Shown: one piece after another, positions 1-10,089 of the stretch | Numbering within the stretch: position 1 is the first letter of the stretch | Layout: each line of letters begins with the position of its first letter | Origin: an uncultured Gammaproteobacteria bacterium | Lineage (GTDB): Bacteria; Pseudomonadota; Gammaproteobacteria; GCA-002705445; GCA-002716945 | DNA: 47,780 bases | Assembly (NCBI GenBank): GCA_913041905.1 | Contig: CAJWJQ010000003.1 | Coordinates: forward strand, 1-47,780 | Direction of reading: 5' to 3' | Position numbers and translations under genes: made by a program | Notes under the pieces: generated by a model | The model's database searches: none | Told to the model about the DNA's origin: nothing | Seen by the model: only the letters and a program-made list of their open reading frames with translations

Positions 1-1061
1 ATGCATTATGTGGACTTGCCGTAACTAGTCTTGGACATTCTAATCCAGAAATATCTAATATTATTAAAACTCAATCTGAAACTTTAATACATAGTTCAAA
101 TGCTTTTAACATAAAGCCTCAAGAAGAACTTGCTGAAAAACTATGTTTATTATCAGGTATGGACAAAGCCTTCTTTTGTAATTCTGGAGCAGAAGCTGTT
201 GAAACCTCTATTAAAATTGCAAAGAAATATGGAAATGATAAAAATATAAAAAATCCTAAAATTATTGTTATGGAAAACAGCTTTCATGGTAGAACAATGG
301 CAGCTTTATCAGCAACTGATGGAACAAAAGCACACAAAGGATTCACCCCTTTATTAGATGGATTTATAAGAGCTCCATATAACAATGTTGAATATATAGA
401 AAAACTAGTTTTAGAGCATAATGATATAGTTGCTATTTTACTTGAGCCAATTCAGGGAGAAGGTGGAGTAATTATTCCTGATAAGGGATACCTGAAAAAT
501 TTAAAAAGAATATGTAATAGTAATAAATTATTTCTAATGGTTGATGAAGTACAGTCAGGTTTTTGTAGAACCGGAAAATGGTTTGCTTTTCAACATGATG
601 AAATTACACCTGATGTTATTATGGTTGCAAAAGCTTTAGGTAATGGAGTGCCAATTGGAGCATGTTTGGCTAAAAATATTGCCTCTGATATTTTAACCCC
701 AGGAACTCATGGATCTACGTTTGGCGGAAATTTTTTATCCACAACTGTTGGATTAAAAGTAGTAGATATTATGCAAACACTATCTATTAATGATAATGCC
801 AAAGAAATGGGTGATTATTTTCAAAAAGAATTAAAAGAAAAAATAGCTAGCAAAAAAACTGTTAAGGGTATTAGAAGTAAAGGTTTAATGATAGGCATAG
901 AATTGGTTAACGAATGTGTAAATCTAGCAGAAACTGCTCTCAAGTCTGGACTAATTATAAATGTAACACAAGATAATATAATCAGAATGCTGCCGCCTTT
1001 AATAATAAATAGAACTCAGATAGATGATATAATTTCAATATTAAATAAAATTATAGATTAA
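1..1061 (+). CDS. argD: Acetylornithine aminotransferase (5' end outside window)
   Basis: Frame is open from position 3 (ALCGLAVTSLGHSNP); class III aminotransferase motifs NSGAEAVE, SFHGRT, EPIQGEGG, DEVQSG, AKALG, HGSTFGGN; next to argF. Confidence 0.93.
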   Translation, partial: ALCGLAVTSLGHSNPEISNIIKTQSETLIHSSNAFNIKPQEELAEKLCLLSGMDKAFFCNSGAEAVETSIKIAKKYGNDKNIKNPKIIVMENSFHGRTMAALSATDGTKAHKGFTPLLDGFIRAPYNNVEYIEKLVLEHNDIVAILLEPIQGEGGVIIPDKGYLKNLKRICNSNKLFLMVDEVQSGFCRTGKWFAFQHDEITPDVIMVAKALGNGVPIGACLAKNIASDILTPGTHGSTFGGNFLSTTVGLKVVDIMQTLSINDNAKEMGDYFQKELKEKIASKKTVKGIRSKGLMIGIELVNECVNLAETALKSGLIINVTQDNIIRMLPPLIINRTQIDDIISILNKIID

Positions 1062-1064
1062 GTT

Positions 1065-1979
1065 ATGAAAATAGTAAGACATTTTAAATCCTTGTTAGAT
1101 ATAAATAGAAAAGAGTTTTTGAGAATAATTGAAAGAGCAATAACCATTAAAAATGACTCAAAAAATAATGTTACTAACAATATATTTAATAATAAAACCA
1201 TGGCCATGATATTTAAAAAAAATTCTACTAGAACAAGAGTTGCATTTGAAACAGCAATGAGCAAAATGGGTGGTCATGCAATTTTTCTATCGTCTGATAC
1301 AACACAGATGAGCCGTGGAGAGATTATTAGCGATACCGGAAAAGTTTTATCGGGTATGGTAGATATTATATTAATTAGAACTCATAACCATAATGAGGTA
1401 GTTGAATTAGCAAAGCATTCATCTGTCCCAGTAGTTAATGGATTAACAGAAAAATTTCATCCATGTCAACTTTTAGCAGACATGCAAACTTTTTATGAAG
1501 AAAAAGGAACTTTTGAAGATAAAAAAATTGCATGGGTAGGGGATGGATGCAATATGTGTAATTCATATATTAATGCAGCAAAATTATTAAACTTTCAATT
1601 AAAGATATCTACACCATCAGGATGTGAGCCAGATAAAAAAACATTATCACTTGCGCCAGATAATGTTGAATTATGTGATTTGCCAGGTAAAGCTGTGGAA
1701 GATTGTGATTTAGTTACAACAGATGTTTGGACAAGTATGGGCGATGAAAGTGATGTTGAAAAAAGAAAACAATTATTTAGAGGATTTCAAATAAACCAAC
1801 ACCTTTTTGATAAAGCTAAACATGATGCTATATTTATGCACTGTTTGCCAGCATATCGTGGAGAAGAAGTAGAATCAGACGTTATAGATGGGAAAAGAAG
1901 CCGAGTATGGCAACAAGCTCAGAATAGGTTATTTACGAGCCAGGCATTAATTGAATTTTTGCTAAACGAATCAGAATAA
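1065..1979 (+). CDS. argF: Ornithine carbamoyltransferase
   Basis: STRTR, HPCQ and FMHCLP motifs. Confidence 0.96.
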   Translation: MKIVRHFKSLLDINRKEFLRIIERAITIKNDSKNNVTNNIFNNKTMAMIFKKNSTRTRVAFETAMSKMGGHAIFLSSDTTQMSRGEIISDTGKVLSGMVDIILIRTHNHNEVVELAKHSSVPVVNGLTEKFHPCQLLADMQTFYEEKGTFEDKKIAWVGDGCNMCNSYINAAKLLNFQLKISTPSGCEPDKKTLSLAPDNVELCDLPGKAVEDCDLVTTDVWTSMGDESDVEKRKQLFRGFQINQHLFDKAKHDAIFMHCLPAYRGEEVESDVIDGKRSRVWQQAQNRLFTSQALIEFLLNESE

Positions 1980-1984
1980 TTACC

Positions 1985-3748
1985 TTAATGAGTATTATTT
2001 AGCCTTTGTACTAACCGTATCTTTTCATTAGTATCATCATTATCAATAATTTTTTTTACAGCTATTTTAAGATCTGGTAAGTTTGAATTAATAATTATAT
2101 TTTTTATTTCTGGTATAGCGCTTGGATGCATGCTAAATGATTTAAGACCTAGTCCTAATAAAAGCTTAGTATAATTTATATCACCAGCCATTTCTCCACA
2201 TAATGCTACAGGTATATTGTTTTTTATACCTGCATCTATCACAGTTTTAATAAGGTTTAATACGGCTGAGTTTAATGGGTTATATAGGTAATTAACTTCA
2301 TCATCTACCCTATCTATTGCCAAGGTATACTGCACTAAATCATTGGTTCCTATAGAAAAAAAATCTACGTGACTTGCAAATTTATTTGCCAAAATAGCAC
2401 ACGATGGAACTTCTACCATAATTCCAATTTCAACATTTTTGTTAAACTTAATTTTTTTTTCTAAAAGTTCGTTTTTTGCTTTATTTATTACATCAAAAGA
2501 TTTTTTTACCTCTGAAAAAGTTGTAATCATTGGTAACATTATTTTTACATTGCCAAAAACACCAGATCTAAGAATAGCTTTTATTTGATTTATAAAAATT
2601 GATTTATTATTAAGGCTATACCTTATGCCTCTTAATCCTAAAGCTGGGTTTCTTGCAATTGCACCAGTTTTAATATTTTCTGGTATTTCTTTATCAGAAC
2701 CAATATCTAATGTCCTAAAGATTACTGGTTTTCCATCCATTTTTTCAACAATTTTTTTATATGCAGAATATTGTTCCGACTCTGATGGGAAATCTTTTCT
2801 ATCAGTGTATAAATATTCTGTCCTAAATAGACCAATGCCATCAATATTTTTTTTACTAATAATTTTTAATTCTTGAGGTAATTCTAGATTAGCCATTATT
2901 TCTATTTTTTCTTTATCAAGAGTCATATTTTCCTTTTTTAGAACATTAGATAATATTTTTTTATTTTGAATAAATTTTGCTTGTAATTGTACATAGTGAT
3001 TTTTACATTGTTTGTCAGGGTTTATAATAATTAATCCCTCATTGCCATCTACAATTAATAAATCATCATTTTTAAATAAAGATAACGCATGTTTTACACT
3101 AACAATAGATGGAAGTTCTAGACTTCTTGTTAGAATTGAACTATGAGACGATCTTCCACCAAATTCTGATATTAATCCTATGCACTTAGATTCATGCGCC
3201 AATAAAACATCTGCAGGACTTAAATCATCAGTAACAACGATATAATTATGCATATTTGAAAATGCTTGTTTTGACTCATCCTTTTTATTATGTAGATTTT
3301 TCAAAATCATTTTTACGACATGACTTACATCTTCTATTCTTTGTTTAATATAATCATCTTCCATGTCATCAAATGAAGATTTTATTGATAAATATTCATC
3401 ATATAGCGACCATTCGGATGAATATAATTTGGATGATATTTTACCTTTGATATTTAAAATAAATTCATCATCCTTAATTAAAAGAATATGAGTATCAAGG
3501 AATAGACCTATATTTTTTTTTATAGAAGGGCTAATATTTAGTTTAATTTTTTTTAAATCTGCCAAGGTAGTTTTCAATGCTTTTTCTAGCCTTCTAAGTT
3601 CTTTAGGTATATCTTTTTTTTCAATTTGTTGTTTTTTGATAATGTTTTGACCATGCTCTAGTACGCGACATTGACCTATAGCTATCCCTTTTGATACAGG
3701 TAGCCCTCGTATAATTATTGGAGAATTATTCTTCATCAAATTTCTCAT
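1985..3748 (-). CDS. ptsI: PTS enzyme I, no GAF domain; start may be ATG at 3736
   Basis: GGRSSHSSIL phospho-His motif, GIGLFRTE, RTLDIG, NPALGLRGIR, SIGTNDLVQY, CGEMAGD. Confidence 0.94.
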   Translation of the reverse strand: MRNLMKNNSPIIIRGLPVSKGIAIGQCRVLEHGQNIIKKQQIEKKDIPKELRRLEKALKTTLADLKKIKLNISPSIKKNIGLFLDTHILLIKDDEFILNIKGKISSKLYSSEWSLYDEYLSIKSSFDDMEDDYIKQRIEDVSHVVKMILKNLHNKKDESKQAFSNMHNYIVVTDDLSPADVLLAHESKCIGLISEFGGRSSHSSILTRSLELPSIVSVKHALSLFKNDDLLIVDGNEGLIIINPDKQCKNHYVQLQAKFIQNKKILSNVLKKENMTLDKEKIEIMANLELPQELKIISKKNIDGIGLFRTEYLYTDRKDFPSESEQYSAYKKIVEKMDGKPVIFRTLDIGSDKEIPENIKTGAIARNPALGLRGIRYSLNNKSIFINQIKAILRSGVFGNVKIMLPMITTFSEVKKSFDVINKAKNELLEKKIKFNKNVEIGIMVEVPSCAILANKFASHVDFFSIGTNDLVQYTLAIDRVDDEVNYLYNPLNSAVLNLIKTVIDAGIKNNIPVALCGEMAGDINYTKLLLGLGLKSFSMHPSAIPEIKNIIINSNLPDLKIAVKKIIDNDDTNEKIRLVQRLNNTH

Positions 3749-3992
3749 TAAATAATTTTTCTAAGTTTTTTATAGCTAAACTCTCATCTTTACCAGATGC
3801 TGAAATTAGTATTTCTGTTCCTTTTGGAGCTGCTAACATAAGAATTTTCATAATACTTTTTGCATCAGCAATTTTAGCTCCATTAACTATTTTTATTTTA
3901 GAGTTATATTTATTAGTTAGAGTCACAATTTTTGCAGCTGCGCGAGCATGCAACCCAAGTTTATTTTTTATAATTATTTTTTTTTCTTTCAT
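3726..3992 (-). CDS. ptsH: HPr/NPr phosphocarrier
   Basis: GLHARAAA (His15) and AKSIM (Ser46-type) motifs; 88 aa. Confidence 0.9.
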   Translation of the reverse strand: MKEKKIIIKNKLGLHARAAAKIVTLTNKYNSKIKIVNGAKIADAKSIMKILMLAAPKGTEILISASGKDESLAIKNLEKLFNEKFDEE

Positions 3993-4377
3993 AATCTATT
4001 TTCATTACACCATCCTTGCCACCTTCTATAGCTTTTTCGGTAAGCTTTTTTAGAGGTAAGCTAGGATAATTAAAGATATGCAATAACATTGATAAATTTA
4101 TCCCAGATACAACATTTACATTTTTGTCATTACAAAAATCCTTAGCAATATTGCTAGGCGTTGAACCAAACATATCTGTTAAAATTAAAACACCTTTTCC
4201 TTTGTTCAATACCTTTACATATTGTTTTGCTAAATTACTTATATCTATTGGCTTATCATAATGATCAATTGACAATAACTCTGTCCTCATTGGCACAGAA
4301 CCATAGGTGGATTTTGCAGCAAGTAATAACTGAGAACCTATGTCATTATGAGTTAAAAGTAGTAATCCTACGTTCAT
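3961..4377 (-). CDS. Stand-alone PTS EIIA, mannose family (ManX-like)
   Basis: LLTH phospho-His, GVLILTDMFGSTPSN, SGINLSML. Confidence 0.88.
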   Translation of the reverse strand: MNVGLLLLTHNDIGSQLLLAAKSTYGSVPMRTELLSIDHYDKPIDISNLAKQYVKVLNKGKGVLILTDMFGSTPSNIAKDFCNDKNVNVVSGINLSMLLHIFNYPSLPLKKLTEKAIEGGKDGVMKIDYERKKNNYKK

Positions 4378-5258
4378 TTAATATCTCTATGTTTTATTAG
4401 GATATTATTATACTTTTGCATAAGTTGTCTATATACCTTTTCAACCATATAAACTGACCTATGCTGCCCTCCCGTACAACCTATAGATATAGTCATATAG
4501 TGTCTATCATTTTTAATAAATTCTGGAATCCATTTACTTAAAAATGAGATTATACTTTTTTCCATCGTTATAGCAGATTCATCAGATTCTATAAATTTTA
4601 TAACATCCATATTTTTACCAGATAATATCCTTAATTTTTTTTGCCAAAAAGGATTTTTTAAACATCTTACATCAAATACAAAGTCACTATTATGAGGGAT
4701 ATTATTTTTATATCCAAAAGACTGCAATTGAATTAGTATATCGTTTTTATTTTTAATAAATTTAATGCTATTAACTATTTCTTTTTTTAATTCATTAGGC
4801 AATAGGTTATCAGTATCTATTATTAAACTTGAATTTTCTTTTAAGTCTTGCATAATTTCAGCTTCTTTATCTAAAGCAGATTGTAAGTCTAGTTTATTAT
4901 TTGAAAGAGGATGCAATCTTCTTGTAGCATTGAATCTTGATATAAGAGTTTTTGATGAAGAATGTAAGAATATTGTAGAATTTCTTATTTTTATTTTTTT
5001 TAGACTTTCATACAATTTTTCAATTGAGTATTTCGGATTTTTATCCATTTTTATAGATCTAATATCTATGCTGATTGCAATTTTATTATAAATACTTTCT
5101 TTTGATTTACATATTGAAGATATTAAATCAATTATCATAATAGGAGACAAATTATCAATACAGAAAAAACCTAAATCTTCTAGTGCTTTAATAGCAACAC
5201 TTTTCCCAGATCCGGATAAACCAGATAATAATACTATATTGTTATCACTTTCTTCCAC
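4374..5258 (-). CDS. rapZ: RNase adapter RapZ / P-loop protein
   Basis: SGLSGSGKS, SFGYK, DVRCL, IGCTGGQHRSV; usual position after ptsN. Confidence 0.93.
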   Translation of the reverse strand: MEESDNNIVLLSGLSGSGKSVAIKALEDLGFFCIDNLSPIMIIDLISSICKSKESIYNKIAISIDIRSIKMDKNPKYSIEKLYESLKKIKIRNSTIFLHSSSKTLISRFNATRRLHPLSNNKLDLQSALDKEAEIMQDLKENSSLIIDTDNLLPNELKKEIVNSIKFIKNKNDILIQLQSFGYKNNIPHNSDFVFDVRCLKNPFWQKKLRILSGKNMDVIKFIESDESAITMEKSIISFLSKWIPEFIKNDRHYMTISIGCTGGQHRSVYMVEKVYRQLMQKYNNILIKHRDIK

Positions 5259-5269
5259 AAATAAATCTA

Positions 5270-5719
5270 TTACTTAAAATTTTTCACAATCGATAATATA
5301 TCTTTTACATTTGCTGCTTCTCTAATTCTAAGCCTAAATGTTTTATTTTCAAGAAGCTCTGCAATTTTAGCCAATAATTTAACATGAAGATCATTTTTTT
5401 TATCTGGCACTATTAAAGAAATAATTAAATCAACTTTTTCTCCATCTATAGCTTCAAAGTTTATAGCATCTAAAAGTTTAATAATAATTACTTTTGGTTC
5501 TTTTAAATCAGGTATTCTAGCATGTGGTATTGCAATACCATTCCCAAATGCTGTAGTTCCCAGTTTTTCTCTTTCATATAATTTTTCAAAAATTAAATCT
5601 TTTTCTTTAATATTTCCATTGGACATTTCATGACTTATATTTTCTAAAACATTTTTTTTACTTTTAGATTCAAAATCTATAAAAATAGAGTTTTCATTAA
5701 TAAATTTGGTTATATCCAT
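5270..5719 (-). CDS. ptsN: PTS EIIA(Ntr)
   Basis: REKLGTTAFGNGIAIPHAR; downstream of rpoN. Confidence 0.92.
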   Translation of the reverse strand: MDITKFINENSIFIDFESKSKKNVLENISHEMSNGNIKEKDLIFEKLYEREKLGTTAFGNGIAIPHARIPDLKEPKVIIIKLLDAINFEAIDGEKVDLIISLIVPDKKNDLHVKLLAKIAELLENKTFRLRIREAANVKDILSIVKNFK

Positions 5720-5721
5720 TA

Positions 5722-7086
5722 TTATTTTTTCCTTCTATCTTTCGATGAAGGAATAGATAATGTTTCTCTGTATTTAGCAACTGTTCTTCTAGCTACTTTT
5801 ATTCCATTATTTGATAAATTATTTGCTATTTGTAAATCACTTAGCGGGTCTTTTGTATCTTCATTAGATATTATTTTCTTTAACATAGATTTAATTGTTG
5901 TTGATGAAATCATTTGCCCAAAATCAGTTTTTAATTCCGAAGAAAAGAAATATTTCATTTCAAATACTCCTCTAGGAGTTTGAACATATTTATTATTAGT
6001 GCATCTAGAAACAGTAGATTCATGGACATTTATTTCTTTAGCTATATCTTTTAAGGCTAGAGGAACCATTGCAATTTCTCCTTGACCTAAAAAATTAATT
6101 TGTTTACCAAATATTGTTTTTGCCACTTTTAAAATTGTTATATTTCTATTTTGTAATGCTTTAAGAAAAAACTTAGCATCTTGCAAATTAGTTTTAACGT
6201 ACTCTACATCTTTTTTGTTCGATATATCTTTCATTAGGTTTTGATAAATTTTATTTATTCTAATTTTTGGATTTATTTCAGGGTTAAGCTCAGTTACCCA
6301 TTTACCATTTTTTTTTGTAATGATTACGTCTGGAACTATATGCTCTTGTTGTAATGAGCCAGATCTAATGTTTCCAGGCCTAGGATTAAGTGATTTTATT
6401 AATTCTGTAACATCTCTATTTTTTTCATCTGTCCTTTCAAATATTGAAATAAACTCATGGAAGCTGGATAAAGTAGGGCTTATATCATCCTCTAATTTAT
6501 TAATTATGTTTTTAGCTTTTAGATATGAGGGATTTTTTTGATGATAGTGCTCAAGTTGAATTAACAAACAATTTTTTAAAGAAGTTGCACCTATTCCAAT
6601 TGGATCCAAATGTTGTATTTTATGTAATACAGCAAATATTTCTTGAAATGTTATTTCTAAATTTTTTCTTAATAGGAGGAATAAATCTTCTATATTTTCA
6701 GTAAAAAAACCAGCATCATTTATATAGTCTATTATATTATATGCAATAAACTGATCATTTGAATTCAATGAAGACAATCTTATTTGCCACATGAGGTAAT
6801 CTCGCAATGACTGTGGTTTACTGGATAGTTGTTCAAAAGCATCAAGTTTTTTAATATCACTCCCTTCATTATTATAAATAGAAGATAAAGTTGGCGCTTC
6901 AGATGTAATTTCTGTTAACTCGGAAGAATTTTCATTTTCAAGGAATGGGTTTGTAAGTATTTGTTCATCTATTTCTTTTTGTAGCTCTAATGAATTTAAT
7001 TGTAGTAATTTTATTGCTAGTTGGATTTGAAGGGTCATAGCTAATTTATTATTTAGAGAGAGGTTTTGTTTGAATTTAATATTCAT
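5722..7086 (-). CDS. rpoN: RNA polymerase sigma-54
   Basis: LQIQLAIKLLQL region I, HESTVSR HTH, ARRTVAKYRE RpoN box. Confidence 0.96.
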   Translation of the reverse strand: MNIKFKQNLSLNNKLAMTLQIQLAIKLLQLNSLELQKEIDEQILTNPFLENENSSELTEITSEAPTLSSIYNNEGSDIKKLDAFEQLSSKPQSLRDYLMWQIRLSSLNSNDQFIAYNIIDYINDAGFFTENIEDLFLLLRKNLEITFQEIFAVLHKIQHLDPIGIGATSLKNCLLIQLEHYHQKNPSYLKAKNIINKLEDDISPTLSSFHEFISIFERTDEKNRDVTELIKSLNPRPGNIRSGSLQQEHIVPDVIITKKNGKWVTELNPEINPKIRINKIYQNLMKDISNKKDVEYVKTNLQDAKFFLKALQNRNITILKVAKTIFGKQINFLGQGEIAMVPLALKDIAKEINVHESTVSRCTNNKYVQTPRGVFEMKYFFSSELKTDFGQMISSTTIKSMLKKIISNEDTKDPLSDLQIANNLSNNGIKVARRTVAKYRETLSIPSSKDRRKK

Positions 7087-7808
7087 AATTTAAAACTATC
7101 ACCTAGATATACATTTTGAACAAGTTTGTTTTTAATAATTGAAGATGGTTTTCCAAAAGCTATAGGTTTTCCATCACTTAAAATATATGCCTCATTACAT
7201 ACTTTAAGTGTTTCTCTTACATTATGATCAGTAATAAGTACCCCAATATCTGAACTTATTAATGTTTTTATTATTTTTTGTATTTCTATAACTGACAATG
7301 GATCAATTCCCGCAAAAGGTTCATCTAATAGTAGAAATTTTGGTTCTATTGCAAGTGCTCTAGCTATTTCAACACGTCTTCTTTCTCCGCCAGATAGGCT
7401 TGCTCCCACACTATTTAATATATTTTCAATTTGTAGTGTTTGTACTAATTCATCAAATTTTTTTACCCTAGCATTGTTGTTAGTTTGTTTTCGTGTTTCT
7501 AATATTGCCATTATATTTTCTCGAACTGTTAAGTTTCTAAAAATTGATGCTTCTTGTGGCAGATAGCTTATTCCTAGATCAGATCTCATGTGCATTGGAA
7601 TATTGGTTATTTCTTCATCATCAATCATAATTATACCGCCATTACATCTAATTAAACCAACAAGCATATAAAACGTTGTTGTTTTCCCAGCTCCATTTGG
7701 CCCTAATAAACCAAGTACTCTTTTGGTTGTTAAAGTTATGTTCACAGCATCAACAACAACTTTATCACCATATTTTTTTGATAAGTTTTGACAGATTAAT
7801 TTTGACAT
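7083..7808 (-). CDS. lptB: LPS export ABC ATPase
   Basis: GPNGAGKTT, YLPQEASIF, LSGGERRR, DEPFAG, TDHNVRE. Confidence 0.96.
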   Translation of the reverse strand: MSKLICQNLSKKYGDKVVVDAVNITLTTKRVLGLLGPNGAGKTTTFYMLVGLIRCNGGIIMIDDEEITNIPMHMRSDLGISYLPQEASIFRNLTVRENIMAILETRKQTNNNARVKKFDELVQTLQIENILNSVGASLSGGERRRVEIARALAIEPKFLLLDEPFAGIDPLSVIEIQKIIKTLISSDIGVLITDHNVRETLKVCNEAYILSDGKPIAFGKPSSIIKNKLVQNVYLGDSFKL

Positions 7809-7815
7809 TATATTT

Positions 7816-8589
7816 TTAGTTGGCTTTTTTGGTTTTAAGTATCGTTTTAACTCTTTCTTTTATATTTGATTTATCATTGGTTTCTTTCATTAATAAAACC
7901 CATGTTTTTTTTTCAAGATTATATATCATTTTTTCGCCTTGCAGATGTTCACTTCCTTTATCAGTATAAGATATTCTTTTAGCTTTTGATAAAATTTTAA
8001 TATGGCCATTTTTTAAATCAGCAATTACCCCTTCTCCCGTTGTTGTCGAATCAGGAGTAACTATTGTAGCAAATTTTTCTGTTTCTATTATTTCTTTATT
8101 TGGATATATTATTGCGGTAGATGTTTTAATTTGCGCCTCATTATTATTGTTATTATCAAACTTATCAAATACTACATTACCAGTTAGATAAATAGATTTG
8201 AAGAATGAATCTGGATCTAATGCATGCTCTGCGGTAATAGTCCAAGACTCTGTTTCTGTTGATTGTATTCTCATTTCAGGTTTCCAAACTTCAGATCTTG
8301 GGTTATTAGGAAATTTCTCTAGTCTAACTCCATTAAGAGTCCAATATAATTGCCCATTTTTATCTGTTTTTGTCATGACAAAATTATTTAAATAATGATT
8401 AGAAACAGTAGAATTCTTGTCGAAAACATTATGATCAAGTGCGCTGGATAATATATATTCAATAACAATTAACACAAAAAAAACCAACACTATTGATAAG
8501 ATATTTTTATCTATCATTGGCTTAATTTTATCTATTATGGGTTTAATTTTATCTATTATGGGCTTGATTTTGGAATTATTTTTTAACAT
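7816..8589 (-). CDS. lptC: LptC with an LptA-like C-terminal extension (putative LptC-LptA fusion)
   Basis: N-terminal TM helix; LptC-like strands (WTITAEHA, LTGNV, TTGEGVIADLKNGHIKILS); extra tail GEKMIY...RVKTIL; lies between kdsC and lptB. Confidence 0.82.
   Translation of the reverse strand: MLKNNSKIKPIIDKIKPIIDKIKPMIDKNILSIVLVFFVLIVIEYILSSALDHNVFDKNSTVSNHYLNNFVMTKTDKNGQLYWTLNGVRLEKFPNNPRSEVWKPEMRIQSTETESWTITAEHALDPDSFFKSIYLTGNVVFDKFDNNNNNEAQIKTSTAIIYPNKEIIETEKFATIVTPDSTTTGEGVIADLKNGHIKILSKAKRISYTDKGSEHLQGEKMIYNLEKKTWVLLMKETNDKSNIKERVKTILKTKKAN
8505..8571. repeat. Three 21-bp imperfect tandem repeats at the lptC 5' end, encoding (KIKPIID)n
   Basis: ttttatctatcattggcttaa / ttttatctattatgggtttaa / ttttatctattatgggcttga. 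Confidence 0.9.
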
Positions 8590-8590
8590 T

Positions 8591-9121
8591 TTATTCTTTT
8601 GCTAAAATAATTAGATCACATACATCTCTAACTGCACCATACCCACCTTTTCTTGGTGTTACCCAATGAGCATGACTAGATAAATTATTATAATTGGCAT
8701 TTGGAACAGTTATAGCTAACCCAACTTCTTTCATCAATGGTATGTCTACGATATCGTCCCCTACAAAACATACATCTTTTAGATTAAATTTTTGTGCAAA
8801 AGTATTATGGAATTCCTTAAGTTTATCTTTTGAGTTTTGAATAATTCTTTTACAGCCTAAGTCATTTCCCCTATGGTCTACAGCTTTTGAGTATCTCCCA
8901 CTAATTATAGCTATTTCAATACCAATATTTTTAAGTAACATCATACCATGGCCGTCTTGAGCATAAAATTTTTTTGACTCAATATTATCTTCGGAGATAT
9001 AAATACCTCCATCACTTAATACTCCGTCAACGTCTAAAATTAATAATTTTATATTTTTAGCTTTTTTTATAATTTCTTCGTCAATTGAATTCATATAATT
9101 TACATAATCCTTATATATCAT
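8591..9121 (-). CDS. kdsC: KDO 8-phosphate phosphatase
   Basis: LDVDGVLSDG, ISGR, VGDDIVD, GGYGAVRDVCD. Confidence 0.93.
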   Translation of the reverse strand: MIYKDYVNYMNSIDEEIIKKAKNIKLLILDVDGVLSDGGIYISEDNIESKKFYAQDGHGMMLLKNIGIEIAIISGRYSKAVDHRGNDLGCKRIIQNSKDKLKEFHNTFAQKFNLKDVCFVGDDIVDIPLMKEVGLAITVPNANYNNLSSHAHWVTPRKGGYGAVRDVCDLIILAKE

Positions 9122-10089
9122 TATTCTATACCCGCCTTAAGTATTTGATTGAGGGTTAAAAGACCAGATAATGTTTTGTTTTTATTTTTAACTATCAAGC
9201 ATGTTATTTCTCTTTCCTCCATAATATTAAGTGCTTCTGCAGCAAGAATATCAGTTGTTACAGTAATTGGATTTTTACTCATAACATTTTTAAGAATTAA
9301 ACTCCTTACGTCTCCAAATTTTTTTAGTGTTCTTCTTAAATCCCCATCAGTAAATATGCCAGTAACTTTTTTATCTTTATTGAGTGCTATTACAACTCCA
9401 TAATTATATTTACCAATCACATTGATTGCTTTAGTTAGTTTTGACATCTCATCAATAACTGGCATTTTTGTTTTAAACATTATATCAACAGATTTTTTTA
9501 ACAACCTTTTACCTATCTCTCCCTGAGGGTGAGATTTTGCAAAATCTTTCGAAGTAAATCCCCGGCATTCTAATAAAGTTATAGCGAGTGCGTCAGATAT
9601 ACCTATAGCAGTTATAACACTAGATGTAGGAGTAAGATTTAAAGGACATGCTTCAACATTCACCCCAGAATCTATCACAATGTCTGATGATTTAGATAGG
9701 GTTGATAATTTAGAGCCTGTTATTGTGATGATAGTAATCTTTAACAATTTTAACAGAGGAAGCATAAACATTAATTCTTTAGTTTCTCCTGAATTTGAAT
9801 AAAAAATTACTATATCATTTTTAGTTATTGCCCCCATATCCCCATGAAGTGCATCGGCCGCATGCATAAATATTGACGGAGTTCCGGTACTTGATAGGGT
9901 GGCAGCTGCTTTAGCAGCTATATGACCAGATTTACCCAGCCCTATTGTTACAACTTTTCCTTTGCAGAATAATATAGAGTCACATGCCTTTATAAATTCT
10001 TTATTTATTTTATCTGCAATTCTTATTAGAGACTTACCTTCAGATTTTATAACTTTTTTTGCTATTAGAATTTTATTTATTTTTTTCAT
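9121..10089 (-). CDS. kdsD: Arabinose-5-phosphate isomerase (SIS + CBS domains)
   Basis: GLGKSGHI, STGTP, HGDMG, EACPLNLTPTSS, TDGDLRR. Confidence 0.95.
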   Translation of the reverse strand: MKKINKILIAKKVIKSEGKSLIRIADKINKEFIKACDSILFCKGKVVTIGLGKSGHIAAKAAATLSSTGTPSIFMHAADALHGDMGAITKNDIVIFYSNSGETKELMFMLPLLKLLKITIITITGSKLSTLSKSSDIVIDSGVNVEACPLNLTPTSSVITAIGISDALAITLLECRGFTSKDFAKSHPQGEIGKRLLKKSVDIMFKTKMPVIDEMSKLTKAINVIGKYNYGVVIALNKDKKVTGIFTDGDLRRTLKKFGDVRSLILKNVMSKNPITVTTDILAAEALNIMEEREITCLIVKNKNKTLSGLLTLNQILKAGIE

